Positions 11,344 through 26,800 of a DNA stretch of 64,000 nt are shown one piece after another. Position 1 is the first letter of the stretch, and the number at the start of each line of letters is the position of its first letter. The position numbers and the translations under genes are program-made. Origin of the DNA: Fimbriosthenelais zetlandica. Taxonomy: Eukaryota. The notes beneath the pieces were generated by a model. That model saw only the letters and a list, made by a program, of their open reading frames with translations, was not told the DNA's origin and did not search any database. The stretch lies in the NCBI GenBank assembly GCA_977030845.1, contig OZ365115.1, positions 28,644,001-28,708,000 of the forward strand, given 5' to 3'.

Positions 11344-14300
11344 AACTTAGATCAAACATAACAGGTAGTGGAGAGAGATAGCCGCTAATCGACCAAGTGA
11401 GAATATCATCTCAAAATCTGACGTCATGTACAAGGAAAAGATTGGTGATAGGGCCCCTTTAAGATCAGTAATTTGTCTTTGCAGCTATTCCGTATCAGTC
11501 GATCTAGCTCTAGGTCGAATTTCCAAGAGCGTCAATGCCGGACACCTCCAGGCCGTGCTTCAGGCAGCAGTGGGCGGAGCTAGAGGACGTTTGATTGACA
11601 GCTCGACCAGTCTGTTCCTAGCACTCAGCCATGCTGACCCTACCACACGTGTACTGGCCCTCTCTCACCTAAAAGAGGTGCTCTCAGGGGAGGAGGAGGA
11701 CTGGAAGGAGCTGGAACTAGAGTCCGTTATCATTGATCGACTCAATGAAGACCAGTATAAAGTCGTGGATGCTGCTCTGGATTTAGACCAGGTAAGTTTC
11801 TTAGACACTGTATGCACCAGTCAATATGCCTCTATATGCTTACAAGTACTAGATCTTATTTGTTGTTAATTCCTATTGTAATATAAAAAATGTAATTTGT
11901 TATTTTCAGCTTCTCTTTAAAGTACTTGCTCCGAAGAAACTTGGGGAGACTTTGATAAAAGTGATCAAAGCAAATAGCACCAAGAAAAAATGGTAAGTTT
12001 ACTCTTATTCATAATACAGAATACCTTTCCTAATGTTCATTTTTGAAATAATAAGGGCCCTGTTAATATTGCATGACTTTTATTTGTCGATTTCGTTCGA
12101 AGAAGAATATAGGTAGACGCTAACAGTATATTAACATAATATATAAGTTCTGACATAATTATGACATATACATTTGTAATACCGGTATCATCTGAGAATT
12201 TCTTTTTCTAAGGAATCCTATAAAGTCACAACCAAAATCTGGATAATTTATCTCAAATTTTGTATTTTAGGAGTTCACGTATTGTTAAGGCTGTCAATCT
12301 GTTCTGCTCTGATGCCATGAGACCTGTCAATCAAAACCTGGGGCCCCGCCTCCTGTCCTGTCTGCTGCTGAAGGATCAAGGCACGCCCATCCTCCACCTG
12401 ACCACGCCCATAGCTCTACTCGCCTCATCTCTGGCTCCCGTGGATCCCTTCCTTGGATCAATCTCTAAAGGTAAATTTTTAAAAAAGTATCATTAAATAC
12501 ATTATTAATACAACCATTCATATGATCTGGCATTTGATCGGAAGATCTGGGAATTACCGACTGCACTGCAAAGTTGCAAAGTGCTGCAAAATATAAAAGG
12601 ACTGGAGCAAAGAATCTGAGATGATGAACTAAAATTGTAACTCTACAAGAAAATGTACAGTGATAGAGCCGCTTTAAGAAATTAAATTCCCAACTCTATT
12701 TTGACTAGATAATGAATTGTGAAATATTTATTAATTTTTGAATAATTTTGTCGACAGTCTGGTTAGGACTGAGTGAGAGGGAGGTCGATGAGAGTAATGT
12801 GGACGAGGTTCGTGAGCAGCTCAATCTCACTGTCATTCACTCCGCGGCCCGGGCTCTGGTTAAACTAGATACAAAGAGACGAGCAGAAGTGGTGAGTACT
12901 ACAAACAAACTCAGTGATTTATTTACCAAAATTCCTTCCTATATTTCCACTTTTCAGTGGATGACATGCCTTTTCCATTCGGTCCTTCTCACAGTATTTG
13001 CATAGAGACGTCCTTTAAATCAAATTTATAAAATATCTAAGAGAGTATGAATAATATTCTAATATCCAGCTCAAGGTATCCACCCTACCTCTGAGGACCC
13101 ATACACTTGACTGGTGAGAAACAGGAAACGGAAATAAACCTGACGACACACAGCTTGACGGTGGCGCCACTGACAAAGTCTGGTGTTAAAGGGGAAACTG
13201 TAATTGCTATCTGTAAATGCCTCAAATATATGTTTGTATTTTAGTTGGAGATAATGAGGGCTGAATCATGTGAGGATGTAGAGTACCGGATGGCCTCACT
13301 CTGTGTGCTACATGAAGCCCTCAGTCAGGCTAGTACTGAGCCTACCCGCCGCCAGATGGCATCCCTCATCCTCTCTATCCTCACCCCTTACCTACACTCA
13401 TTAGACAAGGTGAGACAACTTCAATTTTTGATTGACTTTCCAAGATTTCATTTTCTAATATTTTGTTTCTGAGTGTAATCAAATTTATTAGTTCATAACA
13501 TCTCTAACAAAGTACGGTACCGGTTTGAATAATATTATATATATTATATCCACCTCAAGGAAATGATTTGGTAATAGCTTAATCACTTGCCTGTATAATT
13601 GCAAAATTACCAAGTAGTCTTGCTTCCCTAATGCAATCTATTAATTTTTATCAATGACTTTAATCTTGCAGATTGAAGCGATCTCAAAGAAATCAGCGAC
13701 CGTGAGCCACCATATGGCGTACTGGTTACACCATGTGTCTGTGTATAAGACACTTCCTCCTGCCCTCATATTGAAAACACTTCAAGGCATCCTGGATTCA
13801 TATGGCAATAAAAAGATTAAACTACCAAGTAAGTACAACTATTTCTTGTCGAACTGCTAGAGAATAACAATGGTTGACTTAGAGACTGCTAGGGTCTGAT
13901 TTAGACATTGGCTGGAAATAATTTAGACTGTCAGAATAACCTGGATATTGGTTTAAATAAATTTGGAGACTGTCATAGAATATCTGGTAATATAATTATC
14001 TTGTTGGGAGTTAATCGCTAGAATAGAATTCAGAGATTGGTTCAGAATGAAATTAGAGATTTCTAGAAAGTAACTAGAATTATTCTGAATAGCTTGGAGA
14101 AGATAACAGCAGATATTTAGAGATTGGTTGGGAGTAGCTCTAAGGCTGCTTCAGAATTAGCTCCTATAATCCTGTACGTGTCGAAAATGCTGCTAATATT
14201 TGTCAATGTTTTCCAGTTTATTTATCAATTTTAACATTTCTAGTAAAGTTTTTTGTATCATTTACAGCTAGTGTATGGTGGAGTATGGATGATGGGTCTG

Positions 14301-17300
14301 TTCGCCTACTGGTCTCTACTCTAGACCTGCTACTGTCTGTCAGCTGTAGACCTGGACTCAGTGCTGAGGCCGTCAAACCCTGGCATTCTATCATCAAGGC
14401 ATTCACCCAGGTCAGTTACTCTCTCAAACAACTACTTTCGAACTTCTTTTGGGGAAACCAAATTTCTGAGGAATTCGAATGAACTTATCTAATTCTAGGG
14501 GAATGAAAAAGGGAAGTATCATACAGGCAAATGATCGAAAATCTAATCTTGAAAATGTTATTTCAAGATAAAAACTCAAAGTAATTGCTGAATTACTGAT
14601 AATGGTCAGTTAGAAATTATGTGATATTTAAGTGATTTTCTCTATATATTTATATACTTTTTGAATATATTTGGATACAGGATGACATTGAGGTATTGAC
14701 CTTGTCTCGGTTGGCTGGCCTCGTCTGGAATCTGCACATGACACGTGATGTTAGTGTTTCCCCCGCCCTGCAGGTGGCGATAGGTCACCTAGTGGCAAGC
14801 CGGTGGAAGGGGCTAGAGAAGGTGGAGATGCTCAGTCTACTGGAGGAAGATAAAGCCCCAGGTGAGTAGGCATCTATCTAGACTAGGCCTGTCCGTCTAT
14901 CTCTAAATGAATTAAATGAAAAAAAATATCTGTCCCGTTTGGTGGAGCATGTGATATTGCCATCACCTTCAAATCACATTAGGATTCCAATCTCACCTAC
15001 CCATGGACCAAAAAATTTTGAACCCATTTTTTAGCCAGATATAAAATAAATCCCGTAGTCCTTATTAATACAAATTGGCTGGTAAATTGTCAGAAACTAC
15101 TTTCATTTTGGATATTGTTAGCTTCATTTGTATATATTTTCTTGAGGAATGGTGTGTTTCTCCTCATATATTGCTTCCAGTAAGCTTTATTTGTATATAC
15201 ATCTGTATTTCTTCCAGTAAGCTTTATTTATATATCTTTCTTGATGAATGGTGTAATTTTCCCCTTACATATTTTTCTTCCAGTAAGCTTTATTTGTATA
15301 TTTTTCCTCCGGTAAGCATTATTTATATATTTTTCTTGATGAATGGTGTATTTTTGCGCTCACAGTTTTACCGTGTGTGGTTGCGTGCCTGGGGAGCTGG
15401 GAGGAGAGTCTGCGTCATGGAGCTTTACTGTGTGTGCAGGCGGCACGTGAAGCGTGTAGTAAGGAGACTGGTAAACTGAGTAAACTCTTCAAGAAAGTCA
15501 CCAAACAGGAGGAGGAGATTACTGCTGATAAATCACACATACAACATGTGAGTTATATTTCGAAAAATCAAGGATTTTCAACCGTGACTCAGTAGGATAA
15601 TCTTTCTGAGATTGGCGCGTACAATTCCATGCTTGCCACTGTAGTTCAGAGTGCTTCATATGACTAAAATGTCCGAATGGTAAAACATTGTGTTGTGTTC
15701 GAAATTTTGGAGCAAAAAAGCGCTACATATTTTTTGGAAAAAAAACCCATGGAAAGATAAGGGATAGTCCATTGAATTTGAATCAGAAGCAACTGAAATG
15801 TTGGTCTTATCAAAAAGGTTTTTCTCATCAAATGCGACTTATAAGGAGATAGTCTGAGCTTTTTCTAATACATTATTATTTCCACTTTATGATGTCTAGA
15901 TCCTCTCGCGCGTCATGAAGTCTGACCCTGATCTGGTGAAGCTGCTCCTTCACTGGTTGAATGACAATCAGACCCCAGCTGTTATCAAAGAAAGATTACT
16001 CCATCACATGCAAACCACCGCCAACCAGGTCTGTACACTCTCTTCACATCCTTATCCGTACTTATGTGAAGGAAGTATAACTTTTAATGCATATCATGTC
16101 TAAAGATATTCACATTTCAGAAGTAACTTTTATGTCCTTGAAATGTATGTACTGTTTTTGAAGATTCCTATTTCAAATAAAAAACAGAGCTTTGTAGCTT
16201 ACATATAGATTAGTGACAAAGTGTTGCCTCCGTCACTAATATATACCTAGTCATTTGATGCGAAACCAGTCAATCAAAAGGAAAAAGAAAGTACATGTAC
16301 ATGTAATAAATATTCATAGCTATTTCTATAATCTCAACTTATTGGTTATTCCTGCCATTAAAAAGGTTTTAACCTTATTTGAAACTATCAAAACTGTATC
16401 ATTACTTTCTTCCGTTTCTTTATTTTATACTAAGTATATAAACTTTTGTATCATCAGAAACTTTTTGTACTTATTATAAACTTCAATTTTCCTATTTCCA
16501 GTTTGTATTGGACGAGGCGCTGTCTGTTGGGTCAGACATTTTGACTATGTGTGAGGAAGAGGAGGAGGCAGCTACATCCACTCATCTGGGTATCTATGGT
16601 TATCTCATAGTGAGATACACGTCTGAAGAGGCGGCCAGCTTGGAGCTGTCCTCCCCCCGCTTCACCTTCCTTCTCTCCGGTATCCACTCCACCTATTCCC
16701 CTTCAAGTGGTGGCGCTTCTCCGGCCCCACTGGCCATAGCACAGGTACCTATAATAGATACCCTATATTACACGAGCAGATCCAAGATTTTTCATTTTTT
16801 CCCATGATAACATTTTCAAAAAGTTCATTGAACTATTCCGTTCTGCTCTCGATTTGACAAAGAAGAAATGAGCCCAATTCGACTATTGATACTGTTTTTC
16901 TAATAATTATACATGCCATCTTAGCTCGTCAAGAATTTCCCTGTAAAAAAAAATAATTATAACTTTGTTTCTATCTAGATTACCAAAGACTTCTTCCATG
17001 CCTTGCCCAGTGACAAGGAGAAGAAAGCCCTAGTATCTGCCATCTTGGATGTTATGGAAAAACCTGTCAATGCTGATCTAGGACAGCTGGCTTATTCCAC
17101 CCTCCAAAAGGTCTGTCATACTGTTCTTATAATTTAATACCAATTAAGTAGCAACATGATCATATATATATAGATGCATTTCGGGGATTTTTTCTCTTTA
17201 TCCATATCAATTTCCTTGGGAGGAACTGATGGGAAATCTGTCTTGTTTTGTAGCTGCGTCTTGAGTTTGAGCATGTGCAGCATGAATTGACAATCCCAGA

Positions 17301-20300
17301 AGATGAGAGCAGTGGCCCGAAAACCATCAAAGCCAGGCGTAGATCTAAGTAAGTAACTGGAAATATTTAAGAAAAATTCAAATTTGTTCAGGTATTTCTT
17401 AGTTGCTTAGTATTCATGTCGTATAACTTGTCGCGGCTGTTGATGCAAACTACAACACAACTTGACCAACCCATTAATGTACTTATAAAACCGTTTGACT
17501 TCCAGGCCTGTGACTGCTGCTAAGCCCTTGTCGTGGACGCGTATAACTGCTTTATTGGAAGCACTGCAGACCAGGAAGAGTGTGGAGTCCTCTGAACCTA
17601 TGGTTTCTACTCTATTCTCACTTCTTATCTTGTAAGTTATCTTTTTATATCATACTCCTTGTGATTCTTTGTCAATCTGAACCAAAACTACAGCATATAT
17701 ACTCCAAGCCTTGTTAGTTTTCAATGTATAAAATAAAAATTTCCTTGCTCATTACTACATTTTTAAAATTATGTTTTGTATTAATCCTTATATGCATTGG
17801 AGTCTCTGAATTGATTAATTTTAAATAACAAATTGTGTTTTTGACTGATCAGGATTCAGCAGAATGAGGGAGATCTGTGGGAGTACCGACAGCGCCTCCT
17901 CTTGGCCGTCATTCACAACCTCACCGCCAGATGGCAGTCCCGACAGCTCACTCCAAAACAAGGTATTTTTATGTTTCAATTGCGAATTTTAGCTGATTTA
18001 CGAAATTTCTAAACTTGAGTTTGGAGCTGAAGCCCCAGTCAATTGCAGGGCTAAGACAAATGTCTAATTTCAGCCATTTTGGAATTTTAAGAAGTGTAGG
18101 CCTACTGAATATCAATATTTCTAAATACTTTTTTTCACTGAAGTGGGAACGATAAATTCCAGATATACTAGATTTTATTAGTGATTTTTGCTGTGATTAT
18201 TTAATATATTTATTACAGAATCCGTGAATGTAGAGAGCCTAGTGAAGAGTGTGAGGAGTCCGGTGTCCAGCATGCAGACTAAACAACATGGCCTCGCCGT
18301 CATGGCCAACCTCGCCCACTTCTTCCCTGTATGTCATAATAATTATCCTTTAATAAGAAATAATTAATTGTTAATTTCCAATTGTAATTTCCTCCAAATT
18401 TCTTCTTAAATCAATATATCCGTATCCATGTTCAATCTTGGCGATTGGCTATATTCAGGCCTACTATAGTTAACTTAGTATAGGACTTTTACATGAGTGT
18501 TCATGAACCATCGGGAAAACGACTCTACCCCAATGAAAATGTGTGGGGCTCATAAATATTTGAAAATATTTCTGATATTTGAATGCACATTTGCAACCAT
18601 CTTCTCAGGAAATTTGATTTTACTAATCATGTATATCTCCACAGATAATTCTTAGAGAACTTTTGTCTGACTGTCTGACTTTTGGTTATAGGAGCACCTG
18701 TTGCACCATGTCATGTCAATCTTCACCTTTGTTGGTGAAGGTTTAATGGCGGCTGATGACGCTCATTCTCTCAGTATCGTCTCACGTACAATCACCACCA
18801 TTATACCAGCTCTACTGAGTGCTGGAAACACAGCCGAGAAGGACAATAACCAACTCATCAACCAAATAGTTCAGGTCCGTATATATAGTCCCATGTCAGT
18901 AAATCAGGCCTGTGTCTTTCAATAACTCAGGGGCTCTGGATATCACATTGCCTGTGTCATCCAATTCCCTGGGTCATTGAGCATCACTCTATATATGCCC
19001 TGTGGCTACTGAAAATCACTGCATCAGGCTTTTCTCGGGGGCATTGAGCATCACTATAATTCACTATAATCACTATAATTATCAATATATCAGGCTTGTC
19101 TCTTCCAATACCCCGGGGCATTGAGCATCAGTATATCAATATATCAGGCTTCTCTCCTCCAATTCCCCGGGCCATTGAGCATCAATATATCTATCAATAT
19201 ATCAGGCTTGTCTCCTCCAATTCCCCTGGGGCATTGAGCATTACTATAGGCTTGTCCCTTACAATTCCCCTGGGGCATTGAGCATCAACGTAGACTTGAG
19301 TATCCCTATACATAACAGGCCCATGTGTCCTTCAATGTCCTACACCGGGCCTGATTGTGAAAAAATGTTCCTTGAGTGTAATTTTGCGTGTATTTGTTCA
19401 GGTGTTTGTGGACGCCCAGCGCTCCGTGCCACGTCATCGTAGTCTGACGGTGTTCACCACCCTGGTGAAGACGTTAACACCTGACACCTCATTATGGCGG
19501 ATACTCATATCACTGGTTGCCACGGCAACTCAACATCGTGATAGACAACCCCAGGACGAGGCCCATGACCTCATACAAGATGTGGTGAGCTTTTCAATTA
19601 TTTATTGGGAAAATCTATTATTTAAAGATTTTGATTTGATTTGGGGCAAAGTTGGAAACCAGGTTTCTGTTGATTAATGTCCAATAAAATTGCCTAACAA
19701 ACACATTTTGGGGCCTAGAGTCATTTCATTTATAAATATCTCATTTACTTTGATTTTATTTATATCAAAGACTTTCTTAAATCTGTTCATGAATAATTAG
19801 GTTATCAGGTAAAAAGCTATTGTCCCGTCCGGGAATTGAACACAGTTCTCTAGCATTGCGCCAACTGTTCTACCACTAAACTGCCTGGAATGTCAAGGGT
19901 TTTTTTTTTGCAGCTCGATCGTGTTGAAATATTTGCGAGAATATTTTTGTGATTAATATGCTTTAATCTTTCTAATAGAAAATGATTTTTTTATCTGCTT
20001 TCAGGGAAGTATGGAGAGAGATTTGGAGTTTGGACTGTCCGTTTGTCAGCAGTTTGATCTGCCGGATCAGGTCGGCACCGCCACCCGCGTCGTTCTCTTC
20101 CTAAAATGGCTGGCTGCCCAACATGGCAAACAACAAATCATTCCCAGCCCAAAATCAAAAGGTGAGAATCTTAAACCCTAATCTTGGGTGGGAATGCGCA
20201 GATCTGGCAGTTCGCATCTGAATGTTGGAGGTCCTGGGTTCAATTCCCAATGCAGCCTCTGGATTTGGAATTGTCCGTCTGAAGTATCTGAGCTGTAGTG

Positions 20301-23300
20301 AGAGGCATGTACTGACCCATGTGAGAGGCATGTAAAAGGCTCGTCATGCATCCCACTGTCTCTCGTTCAAGTTTGTCTAAATATGGGCCAAAGAACCGGA
20401 ATCAAAACTCGTTGGAAATCATCGGTTAATAATGATTCATAATTACTGTTTTAATAAAATTTCAGCTGGTCAGAAGAAAGTGGAAGCGAAGCGTGAGAAG
20501 CCGGTAGAGGCGTCAGTGGTGGATGTGGAGACGATGAGCGGGCATCAGATGAGGCTGTTACAGTTCCACCTCACACAACTTATTACCAGAATACTGACCA
20601 GTGAAGATCTCATCACACAGGTATATATATAATCACTAACTCCTCGAACAACTCAATATATATCAAAGCCTCTCATTCTCTCTGTCTCTGTCTGCCTGTC
20701 TGCTCTGTCTTTATTCCTCCCCCCCCCCCCCTCTATCTAGCTCTTAACGTCTCCCTTTCTCTCCCTCTTATTAAATCAGTTATTCATTCACTTAATCGTT
20801 CATTTACCATTTAATTATTTCATTAATCCACTTAACTTTCAATAATTCATTAAGTTCTTTCATAATCATTAATCCATTCCATCTGTATGTAGTACAAAGG
20901 TGCAAGGTTATTTGTGCAGGAATGGGATCATATGTCATCTTTTGCTACATAAATTTTCCTTTTTGTAGGTGGTAGAGAAGGAGGAGAGGGTGGGAGAGAC
21001 ATTCCACCAGTTTGTGAAGGAATCTGTGATGTACATGTTAAACGTAGCCAGTCTACAACACAGCCTCACCTCCCACATCCACGCCAAGTTCTGGAAGGCC
21101 GTCATGAGCAAGGCTTACGAGATCCTGGACAAGGTAAGGCCATTCATCCATCTCAGTACAAAATACGGCCTTGACCAATTCATTAGTCCATTCAGCTTTG
21201 CTCAATGTAATACGAAAATCTATGGGATTTGGCCTGTTTTGTTGCTTCGGAAAGGAGAAATAAAAAGTAAAAATGTTATAACAAATTCCATTTGTTCCGA
21301 TTGAGGAAAATGATCAGGCCTACGTAGAAAGCTCAATTTTTTATTTCTTACTATTTTTATAAAATCACATACTTCATATTATAATTATACCCCTAACCGC
21401 CGATGAATAGTGTATATTTTAATAATGATGTATTTTCTCCTGGTCTTCAGGTATTATACCTGTTACCCACGCCTGTTTTACTGGATGTCGTCACCACCCT
21501 ACTGGCCCACAACCTGACCGGTGTCAAACGTAAATCACTGGACCTGCTGGCATCTAAACTCCAGACCATGTTGACAGTGAGTCCTAGCGAGGAGGAGGAG
21601 ATTTACCTTCTGACAGTGCTGCGCCGTCTACTGGAGGTGGCCATGGAAACATTACCTGGTAATGATAGTGACGGTAGCGCCATCCAGCAGCTCGCACTCT
21701 ATGACATCAAGTTAATGTGTAAAATCATGGGTGAACATCACAAGAAAACTTTCCTCAATGTAAGTTTTATTTTAGATCCTATTTATTATCATGACTACAC
21801 ATGTCTCCAATTGTCTTGGTGAGAGCCACGGAAAAGGCCAGACTTGTCTCCTACTTTCTGGTGAGATCATGCTTGTGAAAGGCCAGACATGCCTCCCACT
21901 TTCTGGTGAGATCATGCTTGTGAAAGGCCAGACATGCCTCCCACTTTCTGGTGAGATCATGCTTGTGAAAGGCCAGACATGTCTCCCACTTTCTGGTGAG
22001 ATCATGCTTGTGAAAGGTCAGACATGTCTGGCTTGGTGCGAGGCGCGGAAAATGCGAGACATGTCTCTTACTGTCTAGGTAAGAGGCATGTAAAGGAAGC
22101 ATTGCTGTCGTTCGAGAATAGTAGCAATAGTAGTACATTTTTATAAAAATAGAAATGTTTTCCTTACTCTTGGAAGATTTATTTGTTCATAGAAATCATT
22201 TCAAAACAGTTTAATCTATAGGTATTTGTTGTTTTGATGTTTTAGGTGTTGGAGCGTGTGATGTCGCTGGTGACTCAGGACGGTATTCCCGCTGTGGTGG
22301 GTAGCGCCCTCCTTGTAGAAGCTGAGGTCGTTACTGTAGTGCGAGCCCACGCTATACCCCAACTACCTAACATAGTTAACCCCCTACTCGACATGCTGGA
22401 CGACCAGAACATAACTGAGTATGTATTCATTTTACATGATTAATTGTAGTTTTATTCGTAAAAAAATAAGAGAGAAAGATCCGAGTTTAAACTAAAAAAA
22501 TAAATTTTCTTTTATATAAGTCCAAGTATCTCAATTTTTTTAATGCTAATTATACAATTTTTGTAAGAATTGTTGAAAGAATGTTTCACTTATTGGTCGA
22601 GAAGGTGATTCTAATAAGATTTGGCAACTAATCTTTGGTGGTATTCTTGGTGGTATGTTATTTTTATGCTGGAAATGTCACTTATTTGTCTTCAGGAATG
22701 ATCTTGTGCTCACGTGCGGACTGACGGCATTGCATCGTTTGGTATCAGCCCTGCCACATTTCCTCAGTCCTTACCTCCGCCGGATTCTTACTGTGGTACG
22801 TCTATAACAGGTTCTCGTATATGTTTTCAGGTGCCCACCCACATTAGAACATTTATAAATGTGAAATATTTCGTAAAGTGATTCATTTGTAAAATTGCTT
22901 GTAGGTATGTAAGCTGAGCGCCGTCCCTAGCGAATCTGAAAAATCACAGGCTGATCTTCGCCTAGCGGCGATTAGGTGAGTCACAATCTGCCTCATTGTG
23001 TCAGTCGGAAGTCGCACTGAGACCAATTTCCATCATTACATAATTTTGATCCATTTTGAGATTACATAATTAATCAGTGGAAAAAACTTTATATTTTCAT
23101 ATTCTGAAGTCAAAAATCCCGTTAACTCTCAGTAGTTTAATTAACCATTTTTCAAAAATCCATTAAGCTTTGAGCATTGAGCCTTTCACTGGGAATTCCC
23201 AGTCATGTTTGACACCCATTATCTGAGAATAAGTAAATTGATTTTAGACTGAATGTGATGGAAATAAATAGGTATAAGTTGAGTTATATTTAACATAGAA

Positions 23301-23769
23301 ATTAAGACAATTTTTCCACCATTGGAAAGGTAAGAATCATTATTATCAACAATAATAAGAAAAAAAATGATTTTCTTAAACTGTGATTGTTTAATGATGT
23401 ATTTTGCATTATATAGGCACCAGTTGGCCACGGTGATAGCGGCTCGTGTGTTGATACCGACCATGAATGATACATTCACTGACATAACGGAATCACAGGC
23501 GGTTTCCAAGGTGAGAGATCTTTGTATTCTAATCATGAGATCTCAAATTGTATCCATAAAGAATTTAATAGTTTATAATCACTTATTAAGGCTATTGAAT
23601 GGAAATAATATTCCTCCGACAACATTCCAACTGGTCATTCAGAGAATTTCAATAGTTTCCCTTGTTTAAAGAAAACTTTCAGGCATAATATTGGTTCCTG
23701 ATCTAGCTTATTATACCGATAAAATGTACTAAACCCCTCAAAATTAGGAGACACCAAAAATTCCACATT

Positions 23770-23800
<31 letters not shown>

Positions 23801-26800
23801 GTATGCCTAATTATGGTACCTGAGAATAAGAAATATTTTCTTAAATTATTTGCCTATGTATCTGTTTTTAGGGAGCGTTAATGTGCGTTATGAGCGTGTG
23901 TAAGGAACACATTGAGACGATGAGTAAAGATGATCTCAATTCTCAACATTCACCACTCCTTACTTTACTCTGTTCAGCCTTAGACCTCCGTAATACCAAC
24001 CAAGAGGTGAGTACCAGTCCTTTCATGTCATATTACCTTCGAAATTAGATTTTTATATAGATTTCTATACAAAGCAGCGGCTTATATATGGATTTTAACC
24101 TGAGCGGCCAGAGGGTGCGGCTTATGCCTTATTATTTGTAATAATGCACCTGTTTATATCAAGTTTATTTCAAACCATTTTTTGGGAGCTGCCTAGCTAG
24201 TTGGTTTACCATAATTTACCACTGTATAGTTTCTTATTGTGAAACATTCTGCTGGATTGTTTTGTAAAATAAAATGTGTTAAATGTAATATTTGTATTTG
24301 GCAGTTGTCGTGGGAGGATGTTTCAGCTGTAGAGTTAGTAGCGGTAGAAGCAGCCATGGCCATGGTGGTCCGGCTCTCAGAGGCCAGCTTCAGACCTATG
24401 TTCTACAAGGTGTGTATTATATTTATATATTCGTGGAACTAGAATGCCTGGCTTCCACAATGAAATTATCCTACTAACGCGATAAAACTGCGCACGAGTG
24501 ATTTGTTGGATGTACGGTACACTAAAAATTGTTTGTCTGTTTTTGTTTGTTTTGTGGATATCTTTTCTTGTGGGGGGTGTTTAAAAAATATTTTCAAATT
24601 TCCAATGAGCACTACTAAGCCCCCCACCCCCATCTGTAATCAACAGTAGGATTTGTTGTCTAGCTTTTGGGAGATTATGGTACCATCTTCATCTAATTCG
24701 GCGTTGTATTTCTCTTTGTAGTTGTATGACTGGGCCTGCCGTGAGGATACACCAAAAAGTCGACTTCGTAAACTGACATTCTTCAATTTGGCTGACAGGT
24801 TTGTGATTACACTGATCTCTCCATCTTCTCATCCTAGTTCATCTCTTACTTACCGCTGCTTCGTATAGAAATCTATCTTAAAAAACGCGTCGTTGTATTA
24901 GCCGCAGGCCGCGATTTTTTTGAAAAAAAAGTCTGGGCTTATACAACGGCAAATATAATAAAATAGAAGTAAATGCATTATTTATTTCTCATTTTATTCT
25001 CATATTTAATACATCATAAATAATCTGTCTATTTCAGTTTGGCAGCCAAGTTGCGGGGTCTGTTTAACCTATTTGTCGGCCACGCACTTCAAGCCGCCTG
25101 CGCCATTCTCACAGCCAATAACTCCGTTCACGGAGGTAACATTTCATTTTTTTATTCTTTTAAAAATGTTCATTGCTTTTACTCTTTTAGAATGTTTAAA
25201 ATAATCTTTGTCCTTTTACTTTTTCTTACGCTTATAATTGATTTTTTTTTTCAATAATATTATAAAACTCAATTATTTTCATCGGACAAGCTATTATTGT
25301 TATTAGGTAAGTTGTGTTTGGTTGTAGATGTTATTGTTGTTTGTCTGTAGTAAGTTGTGTATGGTTGTTGATTGTGGTATTTGTTTGTAGATGTGGCGTA
25401 TTTTGACTGCGGTGAGGAGTCAGCGCGGCTGAGTTGTGATATGGTTAGTTCTATCCTGGCCTGTCTCACTAAATGCATGAGTCACGATACAGAAGGCATC
25501 TTCTCCGGCGAGATCTTCAACATGCTCCTACAACCACTGGTTGACCAGGTACTCTAGCTCTCTTTCTATTATTCTTTTTTAAATTTTTAGTATAATTTCT
25601 TTTATAATTTCTTTTATAATAACTTTTATCCTTTAAGCAAATTTTAGGATTAATTTATTTTTTAAACAATTTATTTAACCATCTCATGTACATACTCTCT
25701 TCCTGGTTTCCATCAGGTCGAAAATAAACCAAAAAAGAAAAAGTCAAAAGAACAGTGACAAATAAATGAAAAAGAAAACAAATGTATCAATAGGTAGTAA
25801 AACAAGACATTCATTTCATTGAGTTATTTCTTCAACTTGTTGTTGATTTGTCTATGATTGTGTTGTTACAGGTAGAGAATTTCGTGGGTAGTGAGGCGGA
25901 CTATGAGAGTAGAATGTCTGAGCGTGTGGTGCCGTGCCTGGCTCAGTTTATCACAGCTGCCAAGGAGGACGCTCACCAGAAAGCTCTCAACTACCAAGTC
26001 CTGCTCAAAGCCAGACATGTCAGTCCCAAGGTTAGTATACAAGCCTGGAACGGCGCACCCAGTGGCTGTGCATATAAATCTATATAAAAATTGCGTCGTT
26101 GAATTAGCCGCAGGTCGCAATTTTCTGGGGGGAAAGTCGCGGATTATACACCAGCAAATACGGTATTCAGGTGGTGCAAAGGGGCAGAAATAACTAGTAT
26201 AATGTAGGGTTTTAAAAATAAAATAAAAATTGGGGTACGTTATATGGACATATAAGGATGTGTAAGGCTTAATGCATTTAGAGGCCTATATTCAGCGCCA
26301 GTACTCATTGCATAATTGTTCTGTTTATCCTCAGGTTCGGTTTGGAGCTTTAAGAGTTATTTCTGGTATGGCGGCTCAGATGGGAGACGAGTATGTGATC
26401 CTGCTCCCAGAAACCATCCCCTTCCTGGCTGAACTCATGGAGGGTATGTCATCACAAATTAACTTATTAAATTTTGTTTCGATTCATTGATATTCATTTA
26501 AAATCTTTCCTGAATAAATTTAAACCTGGGTTTTTGTTCCGAATAGTATGTGTAGTATAGTATGAAAAAATGTGTACATTAAATTCTTTATCAAATTTGG
26601 CTCAGAAAAATCATTAAATTTAATGTTTAAATTAAATGTTTATATCCATGGACAGTGAGAGACCTAATACTTATAGCTTCTGATTTCTCCATCAAATTCT
26701 TCTCTAGGCCTATCAGTACAAATATTCTATGCGTTTTATTTATGTTTTTCTTTTTGTTATGAACAGATGAGAGCGAGGAGGTAGAGAGAGAATGCCAGCA

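Noticed and set aside
21772-22138. Repetitive ORFs with 15-aa units in several frames
   Set aside because: They are by-products of the stop-poor 45-bp minisatellite.
23774-23800. A27 run as the tail of a retrocopy
   Set aside because: No upstream element body or TSD was recognised; treated as a simple homopolymer.
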